Of a stretch of 64,000 nucleotides of DNA, positions 43,497-57,750 are shown piece after piece (the stretch's first letter is position 1; each line of letters starts with the position of its first letter). This DNA is from Octopus vulgaris (lineage: Eukaryota). Both the position numbers and the translations under genes were made by a program. Below the pieces are notes generated by a model. The model saw only the letters and a program-made list of their open reading frames with translations. It was not told where the DNA came from and ran no database searches. Location of the stretch: NCBI GenBank assembly GCA_951406725.2, contig OX597817.1, positions 43,462,001 to 43,526,000 on the forward strand. The letters are read 5' to 3'.

Positions 43497-43896
43497 CATC
43501 ATCTTCATCATTGTTTAACGTCCGCTTTCCATGCTAGCATGGGTTGGACGATTTTGACTGAGGGCTGGCGAACCAGATGGCTGCACCAAGCTCCAATCTA
43601 ATCTGGCAGAGTTTCTATAGCTGGATGCCCTTCCTAATGCCAACCACTCCGAGAGTGTAGTGGGTGCTTTTTACGTGCTACTGGCACGGGGCCAGTCAGG
43701 CGGTACTGGCAACAACCTCACTCGAATCTTTTTACACATGCCACCAGCACAGGTGCCAGTAAGGCGACGCTGGTAACGATCACGCTCGAATGGTGCCTTT
43801 TACGTTCCACTGACACGGAAGCCAGTTAACCGCTCTTAACTGCCCCAACAAATTTCATCTGACCTATGGAAGCATGGAAAAATGAATGTTAAATGA

Positions 43897-43936
<40 letters not shown>

Positions 43937-46900
43937 TCATTTCCATGCTTCCGTAGGTCAGATGAAATTTGTTGGAGCAGATTTTTTTACAGCAAGATGC
44001 CCTTCCTGTTGCCAATCCTTACCTGTTTCTAAACACAGTATTATTTACTCATGGCCAGGCATGTTTTTCAGAGGAAACAGAAACAACCAACCAAAGAAAA
44101 TGAAGAAGATATAAACAATCAATGCCACTAAGTATTTCTTACCTTTCTTGTTGGTATGGTAGCAGTTTATTCAAATAAGCAGCAGCTAAGTGGAATGCTT
44201 TGGCAAAAGGCTGTAGGCCGACAGCAGTTTCCTGCAAATGTACAAGAAAAGTGTTTTGCTAACAAGTCTTTTTAAATGTTTGAAATTATTTATTTTTCTT
44301 TCTCAATAAACATTATCATCATCATCATCATCATTTAATGCCCGCTTTCCATGCTAGCATGGGTTGGACGATTTGACCGAGGATTGGCGAACCAGACTCC
44401 AGTCTGATCTGGCAGAGTTTCTACAGCTGGATGCACTTCCTAATGCCAACCACTCCAAGAGTGTAATGGGTGCTTTTTATGTGCCACCGGCATGACGTGA
44501 TTTGAAATTATTTATTTTTATTTCTCAATAAACATATTTTAATAAAAAGAACAATCAGTTTATTATGGGGGCACTTATTTTATACTCTCATACACATTCA
44601 TATCTATATCAGTTGTTCCCTTAAGAATCTTTCAATAGCTCCACCCACTTCTATTTTCCTTTGTATTTTGTGGGGGCCACCCGGGCATCTCATCTCCTAT
44701 CTATCTCTTTGCAGCTCCTACTGATCATTCTCTCCCTCCCATACTAAGTGTGTTCTGCCCTTCCACCTTCTCTTATACTGTAATCCTTCATCCCAGAGTA
44801 TAAGACCGACCCCTTCTTCCTTGGGGTTTGTAGTCTTGCAAGGTACATGACAACTTCAATAGTGCTAGTGGCAAGATAAAAGCACCCAGTGCATGCTGTA
44901 AAGTGGTTGGCATTAGGAAGAGTATCCAGCCATAGAAGCTATGCCAAAGTAGACACTGGAGTGGGATGCAGTCCTTGGACCCATTGGATCTTGTCAATCC
45001 ATCCAAATGATGATGATAATTGATGTTTGCTTTTATGTCAAATTGAATAAAAACAATTTAACATTAAACTGAAGGACTACTTGATACTTTTTAGTACATA
45101 TTTATTAAACCTTTGTATGAAGAGAGGTGACGGTGACTTCAAAGTTTTGGTCAGTTAGTCTTCTTTATATGAGTGAGTGTGTGTACGAGTGAGAATGTGT
45201 GTATGAGTGAGAGTGTGCATATGAGTGAGAGTATGTGTATGAGTGAGTGTGTGTATGAGTGTGTGTATATGAGTGAGTGTGTGTATGAGTGAATGTGTGT
45301 GTATGAGTGAGAGTCTTCTTTATATATTAGTAACAGCAGCAGTAGTAATGATAATAATGATACTGATTTCAAATTTTGGCACAAGGCCGGCAATTTCGGG
45401 GGAGGGGGTAAGTTGATTACATTGACCCCAATGTTTATCCGAAAGGATGAAAGGCAAAGTCAGCCTCAGCAGAATTCAGACCTGGAACTGGAAGATGGAC
45501 AAAATGCCTGGTGTGATAACAATTCTGCCATGGTGGAAATGATAATAATAATATTGATAAAGAACTGAAAGACTTTTGGCAATTAGTTTAGACATTTCTG
45601 ATAAGTTTCTGGATTCAATATTAGAGACATGAAACTTTGTTTTTATAGGATAAAGTCTATTAGCAATTATGATATCAGCTCTTTACCAAAGATTTTCCCG
45701 ATATAAGTGAAATTATTCTAATTAGTAACTAAAACTGTGGATTCAGTTTGCCAAGAACTTACTGCTCCAGAATAATACTTGAGAAAGAGGAAGACAGTTG
45801 AAGAATGAAGAGAATAAATTTCATTTCACTTACCAATGTTGTAAAACAATTTTCTCCAACCTCTTCATTGAATTCTTTGAGAGTTTTCTCCAGTTTTTTA
45901 AAATATGGAGCACTTTCAAACAGAAAGTGAGCATACTAGAAAGAAAGATGAATTTCAATAACTGAAAGAGAATTATATTTGCAAAATGTTTTATAGATAA
46001 ATAATTTCTCATGGACTAAAACTATCACCCCAGTGGTAGGTAACGTATGAAATAGACTTGGTTATCTTCAAAGTAGGAATGAAATTTCTTTCTGAACTAA
46101 AATATCCAAATATAGGCGTAGGAGTGGCTGTGTGGTAAGTAGCTTGCTTACCAACCACATGGTTCCGGGTTCAGTCCCACTGCGTGGCAACTTGGGCTAG
46201 TGTCTTCTACTATAGCCTCGGGCCGACCAAAGCCTTGTGAGTGGATTTGGTAGACGGAAACTGAAAGAAGACCGTCGTATATATGTATATATTTATATAT
46301 GTATGTGTGTGTGTATATGTTTGTCCCCCAACATCGCTTGACAACCGATGCTGGTGTGTTTACGTCCCCGTAACTTAGCGGTTCGGCAAAAGGGTCCGAT
46401 AGAATAAGTACTAGGCTTACAAAGAATAAGTCTTGGGGTCGATTTGCACAACTAAAAGCGGTGCTCCAAAATGGCCACAGTCAAATGACTGAAACAAGTA
46501 AAAGAGTAAAAGAGTAAATAATTTATTTCAATTACAAAAACATATTTGGTTTATATCACTGGTTCCATCTATAGTGATGTAATCACAGGAATTTCTGCAA
46601 CTTTTATGCATTTTATCCCTCTCAAAGCTATTTGAAATCACAAGAGTAAGCCAATAAGGTATCAAATTTGCTTGTAAATAGTCTTTATTGTGTCATCACT
46701 TAGCTTACATTTACAAGTACAACACTGACCTTTTGAACACTGGTGGTCTAGAACCTCTTATAATCTACATTAATTTAATTAATGTACAGGTGCTTGCATT
46801 TCATTTAATTATTTAAATAAATTTAATATTTGTTTAATTTAGAGTGTGTTGACCAAAGTGATCACCTCCTGGTTCAGAAAAATCAGTAATTTAGAAAGGT

Positions 46901-49900
46901 TTTGGAACCAAAGGTACCAAGAGATCAATATTAGATAAACAAAAATATATATATATAGTTAAGTACCTTGCTTAAGGCCACAATTATGTGTTTGTATGTG
47001 TGAAGTGAAATGAAATTATAATGATTCTATGAAGTCTATACAACTTCAAGAGTGTTATATCATTGGAAATATAACTGAGTGGTGGATCTTGTAGCAACTT
47101 AATTGCTCAACCCTTCTTTTTCTAGAGTTAGAGATGAAGTGTGAGCTGAATTCTATCTTCATTCAGTACAAATAAGCTTGTAATATATTTAATGAAAATT
47201 GCCAAGTCAGAGTGACTCAGCTTATTCAAATCATTTGAAAAGATGAAAAGATTTATCCAACCTTTTTATTGATAACCGAAAGCGGGTGATCATGTGACTC
47301 CATTGTAGATATACTGCGAGCTCGTTGTTCTGAATAAGAGCAGAAGTTTGCAAAGGCCTGAGCAAAGGCACTGACAATGTTAACAGCTTGAGACATCAGT
47401 TCACGGGCTCGCAGTTGGTATTTTCTATCATGCGTTGGTAAATTTAGGCTGTTGTAGTCTGCTATACCTGAAAGGAGAAAAGAAATTTAGCAAAAATTGA
47501 CAAAAGCCAATTGGTGCAGGCATGGCTGTGTGGTAACAAGTTTGCTTCCCAACCACATGGTTCCAGATTCAGATCCACTGCGTTCTGAGTTCAAATTCTG
47601 CCGAGGTCGACTTTGCCTTTCATCCTTTCGGGGTCGATAAATTAAGTACCAGTTATGCACTGCGATTGATGTAATTGACTTAATCCGTTCGTCTGTCCTT
47701 TTTGTACCTTCTGTGTTTAGCCCCTTGTGGGTAGTAAAGAAATAGGTATTTCGTCTGCCGTTACGTTCTGAGTTAAAATTTCGCTGAGATTGACTTTGCC
47801 TTTCATCCTTTCGAGGTCGATAAATTAAGTACCATTACGCACTGGGGTCAATGTAATCGACTTAATCCCTTTGTCTGTCCTTGTTTGTCCCCTCTGTGTT
47901 TAGCCCCTTGTGAGCAATAAAGAAATAAGAAACTGAAAGAAACCTGTCATATGTATGTGTGTGTCTTTGTCCCCCACCCCTGCTTGACAACTGGTGCTGG
48001 TGTCATCGTCCCTGTAACTTAGCAGTTTGCCAAAAGAGACAGATAAAATAAGTAGCAGGCTTTGAAACAATAAAAAGATTCTCCAAGATGATGCCTTAGT
48101 ATGGCTGCAGTCTTATTTCTTTATTGCCCACAAGGGGCTAAACATAGAGGGGGCAAACAAGGACAGACAAAGGGATTAAGTCGATTACATCAACCCCAGT
48201 GCATAACTGGTACTTAATTTATCGACCCTGAAAGGATGAAAGGCAAAGTCAACCCCAGTGGCATTTAAACTGAGAACGTAACGGCAGAAGAACTACCGCT
48301 AAGCATTTCGCCCAGCATGCTAATGTTTCTGCCAGCTCACCACCTTCTATGGCCGTAGTCTAATGACTGAAACAAGTAGAAACAAAAGAAAAAGTCTAGA
48401 ATAAAATGTGATAGATATTCCTTTCTACTGTAGGCACAAGTCCTGGAATTTGGGGGAGGGGGATAATCGATTACATCAACCTCAGTGTGTAACTGGTACT
48501 TAAATTATCGACCCCAAAAGGATGAAAGGCAAAGTCAATCTCGGCAGAATTTGAACTCAGAACATAAAGACAGACGAAATACCACTAAGCATTTCGTCCA
48601 GCATGCTAACAATTCTGCCAGCTCGCCACCCTTAAAATGGGATATTACCAAAAGAGTACATAGGAATAAATCCTTATTCTCAGTTGTAAAGAACTCTTTA
48701 GTAATGCATAATAAGGAAAGCAATTGTGCTCAGCATATATGAATGCATTGGTTAATACCTAAATATTATATTGGAAATATAATTAAGATGGTGGAATGAA
48801 AGTAACTTTATAAAGACTGATCATAAAATGTGAGTTCATAGGTGAGACTGTGATTACCTTGCTTTTATTTGTTATATTTGGAATAATTCTGGTTTGGAAA
48901 ACTTTTCAATTGCAAATGTTTTTCATTTGAAGTAGTACAGAAATTCTATAACTGATCCCAATATTGTTAACTATGCTGTGTGTTACTGGTCATATAATAG
49001 TCATTTCAAACTTTAGCACAAGGCCAGTAATTTCAGGGGACTGGGTAAGTTGATTACATTGACTCAAGTATGCAACTGGTACTTATTTTATTGAGTCCTG
49101 AAAGGATGAAAGACAAAGTCAACCTCAGTAGAATTTGAACTCAGAATGTAAAGACGGACGAAAAGCTGCTAAACATCCTGTCCTGTATGTTATCAGTTCT
49201 GTCAGCTCACTGCTTCATATTGGTCAAATAATAATTGTTCATTATAGTTTGGGAGACAATTCTTGATTATTGCTGTCAATTAGAATATTGGTTTGAATAG
49301 ATAATGAGGTTGATGTCTTGTAAAATTAGTGAACAATGGTTCAACAAATCTATTAAACTGATTGATGTAATATTTATTTCTTTATTGCCCACAGGGGGCT
49401 AAGCAGAGGGGCAAACAAGGACAGACAAAGGGATTAAGTTGATTACATTGACCCCAGTGTGTAACTGGTACTTATTTAATCAACCCGAAAAGGATGAAAG
49501 GCGAAGTCGACCTCAGTGGAATTTGAACTCAGAACATAATGTCAAACAAAATACCTATTTCTTTACTACCCACAAGGGGCCAAACACAGAGAGGACAAAC
49601 AAGGAGGGACAAACGGATTAAGTTGATTATATCGACCCCAGTACGTAACTGGTACTTATTTAATCGACCCCGAAAGGATGAAAGGCAAAGTCAACCTCGG
49701 TGGAATTTGAACTCAGAACGTAATGGCAGACGAAATACGGCTACGCATTTCGCCCGGCGTGCTAACATTTCTGCCAGCTCACCACCTTATGATTGAAACA
49801 ATATGGGAAAATGATTGAAACCGAGGAGTAAAATGTTAAATGATTTCATAAAGATTATAATGCTTCTGTAACTTCAAAAAATATTGGAAAATATTGAACC

Positions 49901-52308
49901 AACCAAAGAACAGAAGTGAAAGAGAGCTGAGCACTTACTTGAGTCAATGAATGGAAGGTTACTTTCTATGACTTTGGTGGCATTACTAAGTTTCAGAGTT
50001 AAATGTTTTTGAACATCACGGAGATGGTCTTCACTAAAGTTGGGAAAAGTTGAAAAAGAAAGGTCAAGACATTAAAGATGAGTAAAACATTTGTTGAAAT
50101 GAACAAACGAAAAAAAATGAAGATGCTCCCTAGAACTGGTAGATTAGTGATGGTTTATGTATTGATTAAGGGTTACATATAAACATAAACTAAACTGTTG
50201 CATGTTGTACAATGGGATGAAGTAGAGATTAAAAGTGGGAGCAGCTGTCCAGAATGTTAATTCCTATACAGTTTAAGGAGTACTCAGCCAGTATTAGACT
50301 CTGAGCAATGATGGAACATTGAATAACCTTTGTCAAATAGAGTTACTCGATAGCATAAACTGAGTATTCTTTACTTTGTAACACACACACATCAGAGAGA
50401 GAGAGAGATAAAGCTACACAGACACACACATCTATTTATGTGTGTGTGTAAATGTTGAACAGTGAGAATGAGTGCTCAACACTGCACTGGTGGATAAAAT
50501 TCCTTTATTTATATATTAAGGCTACCACTGGTTTCATGTTAAGAAAAAATATCTGAATATCTTAGAAATTTGTCAAACCAGTCACATGGAGGAATGGTTT
50601 TTGTCTTCATTTTGGATGATACAGATGTATATGTGTGTGTATACACACACACACACACACACAGAGTAGGTAAGAACTATATGCTCAATATCAAAAATAT
50701 GTAGTAGTGCTTAAATAAATTTGAACTTATATATGTGCATGACTCTCTCTCTCTCTCTCTAGACTGTTTTATAGAAACTGTAAAAAAAATCCACAAACTG
50801 TTACTCAGAGTTTCACACAACTGCTGCTCTCTGATGAACAGTTACGTGAAACTCAGAGTAACGTTTTGAAGTTTTTTTTCAGCTTCAATAAAACAGTATT
50901 TTACTCAACCTTTTCCACCTTGTTTTCATGTTGTTGTGTTTTCATGTTTGGATTAACTTTACATACATACATACATACATGTTCTCACCTATGTTCTTAC
51001 CTGTGTGGTAAGGAGTTTGCTTTCCAACCACATTGCTTTGGATTCAATCCTACCGTGTGGAATCTTGGGCATCTTTTACTATAGCCTTGGGCTGACCAAC
51101 GCCTTGTAAGTGGATTTAGTAGATAAAAACTGAAAGAAGCTTGTCATACATATATGCATGTATGTGTGTGTATGTGTGTGTGTGCATGAGCATGCATGTT
51201 AGTGTCTTCTTCTTTTGACATCATCATCATCGTTTAACGTCCGCTTTCCATGCTAGCATGGGTTGGACGATTTTGACTGAGGGCTGGCGAACCAGATGGC
51301 TGCACCAGGCTCCAATCTTGATCTGGCAGAGTTTCTACAGCTGGATGCCCTTCCTAACGCTATCATGTATTGTTGTAAACAAGTGTCACATACAAATGGA
51401 GTTCTTTGTTTCTAATCTTCCAGGAAACATATCTGGCCATGGAGAATCGGGTAAGGATTGGCAACAAGAAGGGCATCTGGCTGTAGAAAATCCACTTCAG
51501 CAAATTCTATACAATCCATGTGAGCATGGAAAAGTGGTCACTAAAATGGTGATATATATGTGAAGTGGTGCCAAAGGATCTACAGACACTGGGTCTCATT
51601 GAGGGGATGACAGAGGACTGAGACACCTGGCAGTTTGCTGTGCATGGGAAGACACGTCAAGCTAAGTAAAATCGTGGTTGTCCTTGCATACAGGCATGTC
51701 CCCATGCATCCCTAATCTTGTGGGCTTGTGGATTCTATTGCCATGTAAAAGCATCCAGTACACTCTGGCATAAGGAATCCATTCAGCCGTAGGAACCATG
51801 CAAAAACAGACATGGAGCCCAGGTAGCTCTTCAGCTGGACTATGAAACCATCCAACCCATGTCAGCATGGAAAATGGACGTTAAATGATAATGATGACGA
51901 TGAAGTCAAAGTATACAGTATTATAGATCCATTTCTTACCGATTGGTTTCGCATAGGGTGTTAGATAACACCATGGTTAACTAACACCACATAACATTCA
52001 GAAATGACAGGTACGGAAAAAATATGGTGACTGCTCTTTGTTCGGTGAAAAATAGGCAAAACAAAGTCATGGGAAACGATAAGAGCGAGGGATTTATCAA
52101 GAGTTATGTCCCTTGGCCTCAAAGCGTCTGAGACGGCTGTATGGCAGCAAGAGTCTTGAGACCCTGTGCGGAATTGATTGCTAAGATTGGCTGAAATGAA
52201 TATACAATGTATATATATGCTTTGATTAATATATCCACTCTACTGATAAATATATGAGCACATATATTTTTCCAAACATGGATTCTAAGACGACTATATT
52301 GCAGTAAA

Positions 52309-52356
<48 letters not shown>

Positions 52357-55300
52357 ATGTATGTATGTATGTATGTATGTATGTATGTATGTATGTATGT
52401 ATGTATGTATGTATGTATGCATGCATGCATGCATGCATGCATGCATGCATGTATGTATGTATGTATGTATGTAAAGTTAATCCAAACATGAAAACACAAC
52501 AACGTGAGGATGTGGAACAAGTATAGTGTTATTGGACTCTCAGGAAGGGAAAGAAAGGAGGATTTAACGTTTTGAGTGGAGCTCTTCGTCAGAAGCATAG
52601 AAAAAGGAAAGATCCAAGGAAGGGAAGACAGAGGAAAAAAAAATCGCTAACGATACACACGCGGTCATGCATACTTATATATATGTGAGTATATACATGT
52701 GTGTGTGTTTGTGTTGGCAAGGCACAGATGCCACAACCTCCATCCATCTACCCATCCAAACAAAACTTTGAATGTAGTCAAATGCATGTGTTGTGAAATA
52801 TTATTCACATACTTGTACTTACATTCTTTCAGCTTGATGTTTATATTCCCGAATTTGTCCCTGCTGAGTTTGAATTTTCACCTGAAATTCATATATAAAA
52901 GTCATATAAAAGCTGCTAAAATGTGATCACTTAAAAGGGCTTCCATCTCTGCCCATTTTCTAGTTTTCTACAAAGTATAAGGAAGGTTCAGAGTATATTT
53001 AAAATAAAATAAAACTCTACTGTAGATTCCTTAACCCTTTCGTTACCGTATTTATTTTGAGATGTTCTGTGTTTCTTTAGTAAAACAACTTAGTTACCAT
53101 TAAGCTAGTGTTAGGAACATAAATTGTGACTAAGGTTTGGTGGAGGATTTTAATTCAAAACTCATAAAAACAAGACATTTGTATTCAGAGCCAGAGCTGG
53201 TTTCAGCCAGGTTGGTAATGAGAGGGTTAATGTACACGTGTTGTTAAACTCCAAGAGCTGCAGTCTTTTGTCAGAAAAGATTCCTTTAACCCTTTCATTA
53301 CCATATTTCTTTTGAGGTGATCTGTGTTTCTCTAAATTAATTTTAAATATAACAAAAAATTTAGTAAAACAACTTAGTTATCATTCAGACAGTGTTAGGA
53401 ACATAAATTGTGACTAAGGTTTGGTGGAAGATTTTAATCCAGAACTATTGAAAACAAGACATTTGTACTACAGAGCCAGAGGTGGTTTCAGCTGGGTTGG
53501 TATCGAAAGGGTTAAATAAGTACAGAACAAATTTTTGTGTGAGAAGCATTTGAATAATTAAATCACTTTTAGACCATTACTATATTTTTAACAGCTTGTG
53601 CCCTGAAAAGATGAAAAGTTAAGCTAGTCCTAATAAGATTTGAACTTACAACTGAAGAGAGCAAAATTAAATACAGTGCATTATTGTTTATAGTATCTCA
53701 TTCATCTACATTTCAATACAGACAACATATATCAGCTGTAAAAAAGGATATAGCTAGCAAATCAATAAGAGAGCCTCTACTTAGACTAGTCTAGTGACCT
53801 ACTAGAAATAGCAGCAAAATTTCACTTATGCCACAAATGAAACTGAAAAAAGCAGACAGGATGGTCATAGCTGGAACATGTTTAATCATGTCTACTTAAT
53901 TAGGACCGACCTGAGCAACAGCCACAGCTGAGCATTAACCACCTGGTTTTTAACACCAGAATTTTCTCAGCTTTTGTAGTTTCAACCCAGAGACTACTGT
54001 CATTACAGTTTATATAGATAGGGATTCTTTAATGGAAGTGGAACCTGAACCCTAAAGTAAGAAAAACAGGAGCAATTGGTGAAGGAAAAGTATGATGATT
54101 TGGGTGGAAGCTTACTTTCAGAGATAAACTGAATGTAAATGTGTAAAAAATGCTGTGAGTTGATGTAAAACACTTATGGAAGAAACAGTCCATACAAGAA
54201 GACAATGAGCTTAGGTAGTTAAATAAAGTTACTTCATCCCCCAAAAGTACTTTTATTGAAGTACATCTAACCTTGTTTATCACTGATTTATTCACTTCTG
54301 GTCTGGAATAACACAGTACACTCAATTGTGAACCATGTTACATTTATAATGAACTGATCTGTCATAACATTGGTTAGCAATCAGTCAACGATTCTGCTTG
54401 TTTTGATATTTTCCTGTTGTTATTTTTTTCATTATTTAGTAATCTATGTTGTTATCATAGATTGTTTCTAATCATGAAACAATATCATTATCTCTCTATA
54501 TATAAACGGCAAAATGTCTGTCTGTGTGTTTGTGTATCCTTTATACAAATCCACAATTTTTCAGGTAGTGGGCTCGCACTTTCTAGGGTCATTCAAAACC
54601 GTCCCAGAATGGTCGTGCACGTCTTTACATTTCCCCATCACCCTGCAAAGCCATTAAAAAACCAATAGAAGTGACATTTTTGTGAATTTTCTATCCAAAA
54701 CCAAATCAAAATGCCCTAAACTTGATACGCCAATTGAATGCCAGCTAGCTGTATGTGATTGGTCGGAGATTTGGACAGTACTCGCGTGTATGTGTGCACG
54801 CTCGCAGCTGTATATACATGCACTAGCACATAGTGCTAGTGTTCGTTTAAATTGGGCATCTTGGAACGAAGCCTATTTTTCCAAATGTTCTGTTACAAAG
54901 GTGTGTGGGTTAGTGGTTAGTGTATTCAGCTCACAATTATAAGGCTGTGAGTCTGATTCCTAGCAGCAAGTTGAGTTCTTGAGCAAGACACTTCATTTCA
55001 AATTGTTCCAGACCACTCAGCTGGCAAAAATGGGTTGCACTTGTAGTTCGAAGGGCCAGCCTTGTCACATTTGATTGTCAGGTTGAATCACCCTGAGAAT
55101 TACTTGAAGGGTATGTGTGTCTGTGGAGTGCTCAGCCACTTGCATATTAATTTCATGAGCATGCTGTTCTATTGATGGAATCAACTGAAACATTTGTCAT
55201 TATAATCAATGGAGTGCTCAGCCATTTCTCATTTATCACTGGTTCATGTAAAACTGTCTCTTTTTGAAGCCAAACACCTGACGTCGTCCTCGTCATCATT

Positions 55301-56086
55301 TAACGTCCGTTTTCCATGCTAGCATGGGTTGGATGGTTCAACCGTGGTCTGGGAAGCCAGGAGGCTGCACCAGGCTCCAGTCTGATCTGGCAGAGTTTCT
55401 ACAGCTGGATGCCCTTCCTAACGTCAACCACTCCGTGAGTGTAGTGGGTGGTTTTTACGTGCCACTGGCACAGGTGCCAGGCAAGGCTGGCAATGGACAT
55501 GATTGGTTGGTGCTTTTTACGTGCCACCGGCATGGAAGCCAGTCAAGGTGGTGCTGGCATCGACCATGTATGGATGCTGCTTGAGAGGCTGGCAACGGCC
55601 ACGACGGTTGGTGGTTTTTACATGCCACCGACACGGAAGCCAGTCAAAGCACACTGGCATCGGCCACATGACAAGTGAAGATAAATGTATTGAATGAAAA
55701 CAAGGGGTATCACAAAAAAAAATGGCAAAACATAGAGATCATTAGAAGAAAGATGTAGTATTACAAACCCATCCAATCTATTCAATCATGAAAGCAAAGA
55801 ATTTGAAACAATGACAATTAAGAAGTGAAAAAGAGAAATATGATGACAGCCATAATAAATATCATCTCACCTCCATCATCGCTTTATCCTGTTGTAGTTT
55901 TTCAACTTCAGATTTTCCTTTCTGAACTGTGAGAGACAGAACTTCATGGTGTTGGCTAGATTCCTTTTCATACTTTGAGAGTTGTTCTTGTAATTTGTGT
56001 AGCTGGCTGTCATATTCTTGCTGGGTTTCAAATACCTGCAGAACATTATATACAATTATGAATGAATGAATGAATGTACGTATGTA

Positions 56087-56118
<32 letters not shown>

Positions 56119-57706
56119 AGTGTGTATGTGCATGCATGTATGTATCATCATCGTCGTTTAACGTCCACTTTCCATGCTAGCATGGGTTGGACGATTTGAC
56201 TGAGGTCTGGCGAACCAGATGGCTGCACCAGGCTCCAGTCTGGTCTGGCAGAGTTTCTACAGCTGGATGCCCTTCCTAACGCCAACCACTCCGAGAGTGT
56301 AGTGGGTGCTTTTACGTGCCACCGGCACGGGGGCCAGTCAGGCACTACTGGCAACAGCCACGCTCAAATTGTGCTTTTTACGTGCCACCTGCACAGGAGC
56401 CAGTCCAGTGGCACTGTACATATGCATGTATGTATGTACATATGTATGTATGGATGCATGCATGCACATATGTGTGTGTGGGAGGTGGGCATGTGTGTAT
56501 GAGTTTGTGCATGCATGTGTGTGTGTGTGTGACTGTATGTACCCTTGTCTTGACATCACATGATGGTGGTAAATGAGCATCACAGTGAAAACAAGTGATG
56601 TTGTTCATTTTTAGTCCTCCTCTTTATTTAAGAGAGCATGATGCAATGTGGAGAAGATTTGGTTCTTATTTCTAACAGATCAAGTAACTATGTAGAAACT
56701 CACACATTAGTCTCCACATATAGTTTTTAGTATGTGAATTAGTGCATTACAGTTGGTATTTTCAGAGGTGTGTGTAAGTCTGCATGTAAAGGTATCATCA
56801 TCATCAACATCATCATTTAATGGGTGTTTTACATTCTGGCATGGGTTGGACAGTTTCACAGGAGCTGACCAGCTGAAGGGCTGTTGTGAATGCATAATAT
56901 TTCAGACGTTACTAACCTGCTTATGAAGACGTGCATTCTCTTCAATTTTGCTCTGTAATTCTTCACCAATAACACTATTTTCCAGATAATGTGAAAATGT
57001 TACCTCTGAGTTTGGTGTGGGCAAATCTGCAGCACCACCTCCAACTTTAGTCTACAAAACAGTAAGTCAGACATTGAAATATCAACACACAAACACACAC
57101 ACACACACACACAAACAAAGTATATGCATTTGTGGTAATACTAAAGTAAAATAGCAATCAAAGTATCATAATTAATGTACATACTCCGTTATTAGACCAG
57201 TTACTAGAGTATATATATATATAAAGAGCACGTCCATAAGAGATGTTAGCTCAGGCTGAATACAGCAGTAATTGGCCTCTCAGTGGTATATATATATTAA
57301 GTATGATATATATATATATATATGCTGAGAACACAAAACAGAAGCATTAACTCTATATTAACAATATATATATAGAAAATTAAGTTTCTTTTTACATAAG
57401 TTGAAGTATAAAAAAATGAAGACGAAAATGAACTTCAAGTCTGTAAAAACAATTAATAATTTTTGAAAGTAGTGTATATATATATCACTGTGATCACCGT
57501 GACCAACCAGGCTATCAGATGTTGCTACACATCGCTGGTCACAAGGCACTTCACATTGTTTTAGCTTTCAAATGATGCCACCCCACTGGCTAAGCGAGCA
57601 GGCCAATAGAAAGAGTGAGAGAATGTTGTGGCGAAAGGGTACAGTAGGGATTGCCACCACCCCCTGCAACTGCGAGTTCGCTGCCCTAATCACTGGGCCA
57701 TTGCGC

Positions 57707-57750
<44 letters not shown>

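Noticed and set aside
53941-53990. Candidate for the 59-nt PPP1R21 exon
   Set aside because: No AG acceptor at the required position; 52823..52881 fits length, phase and sequence
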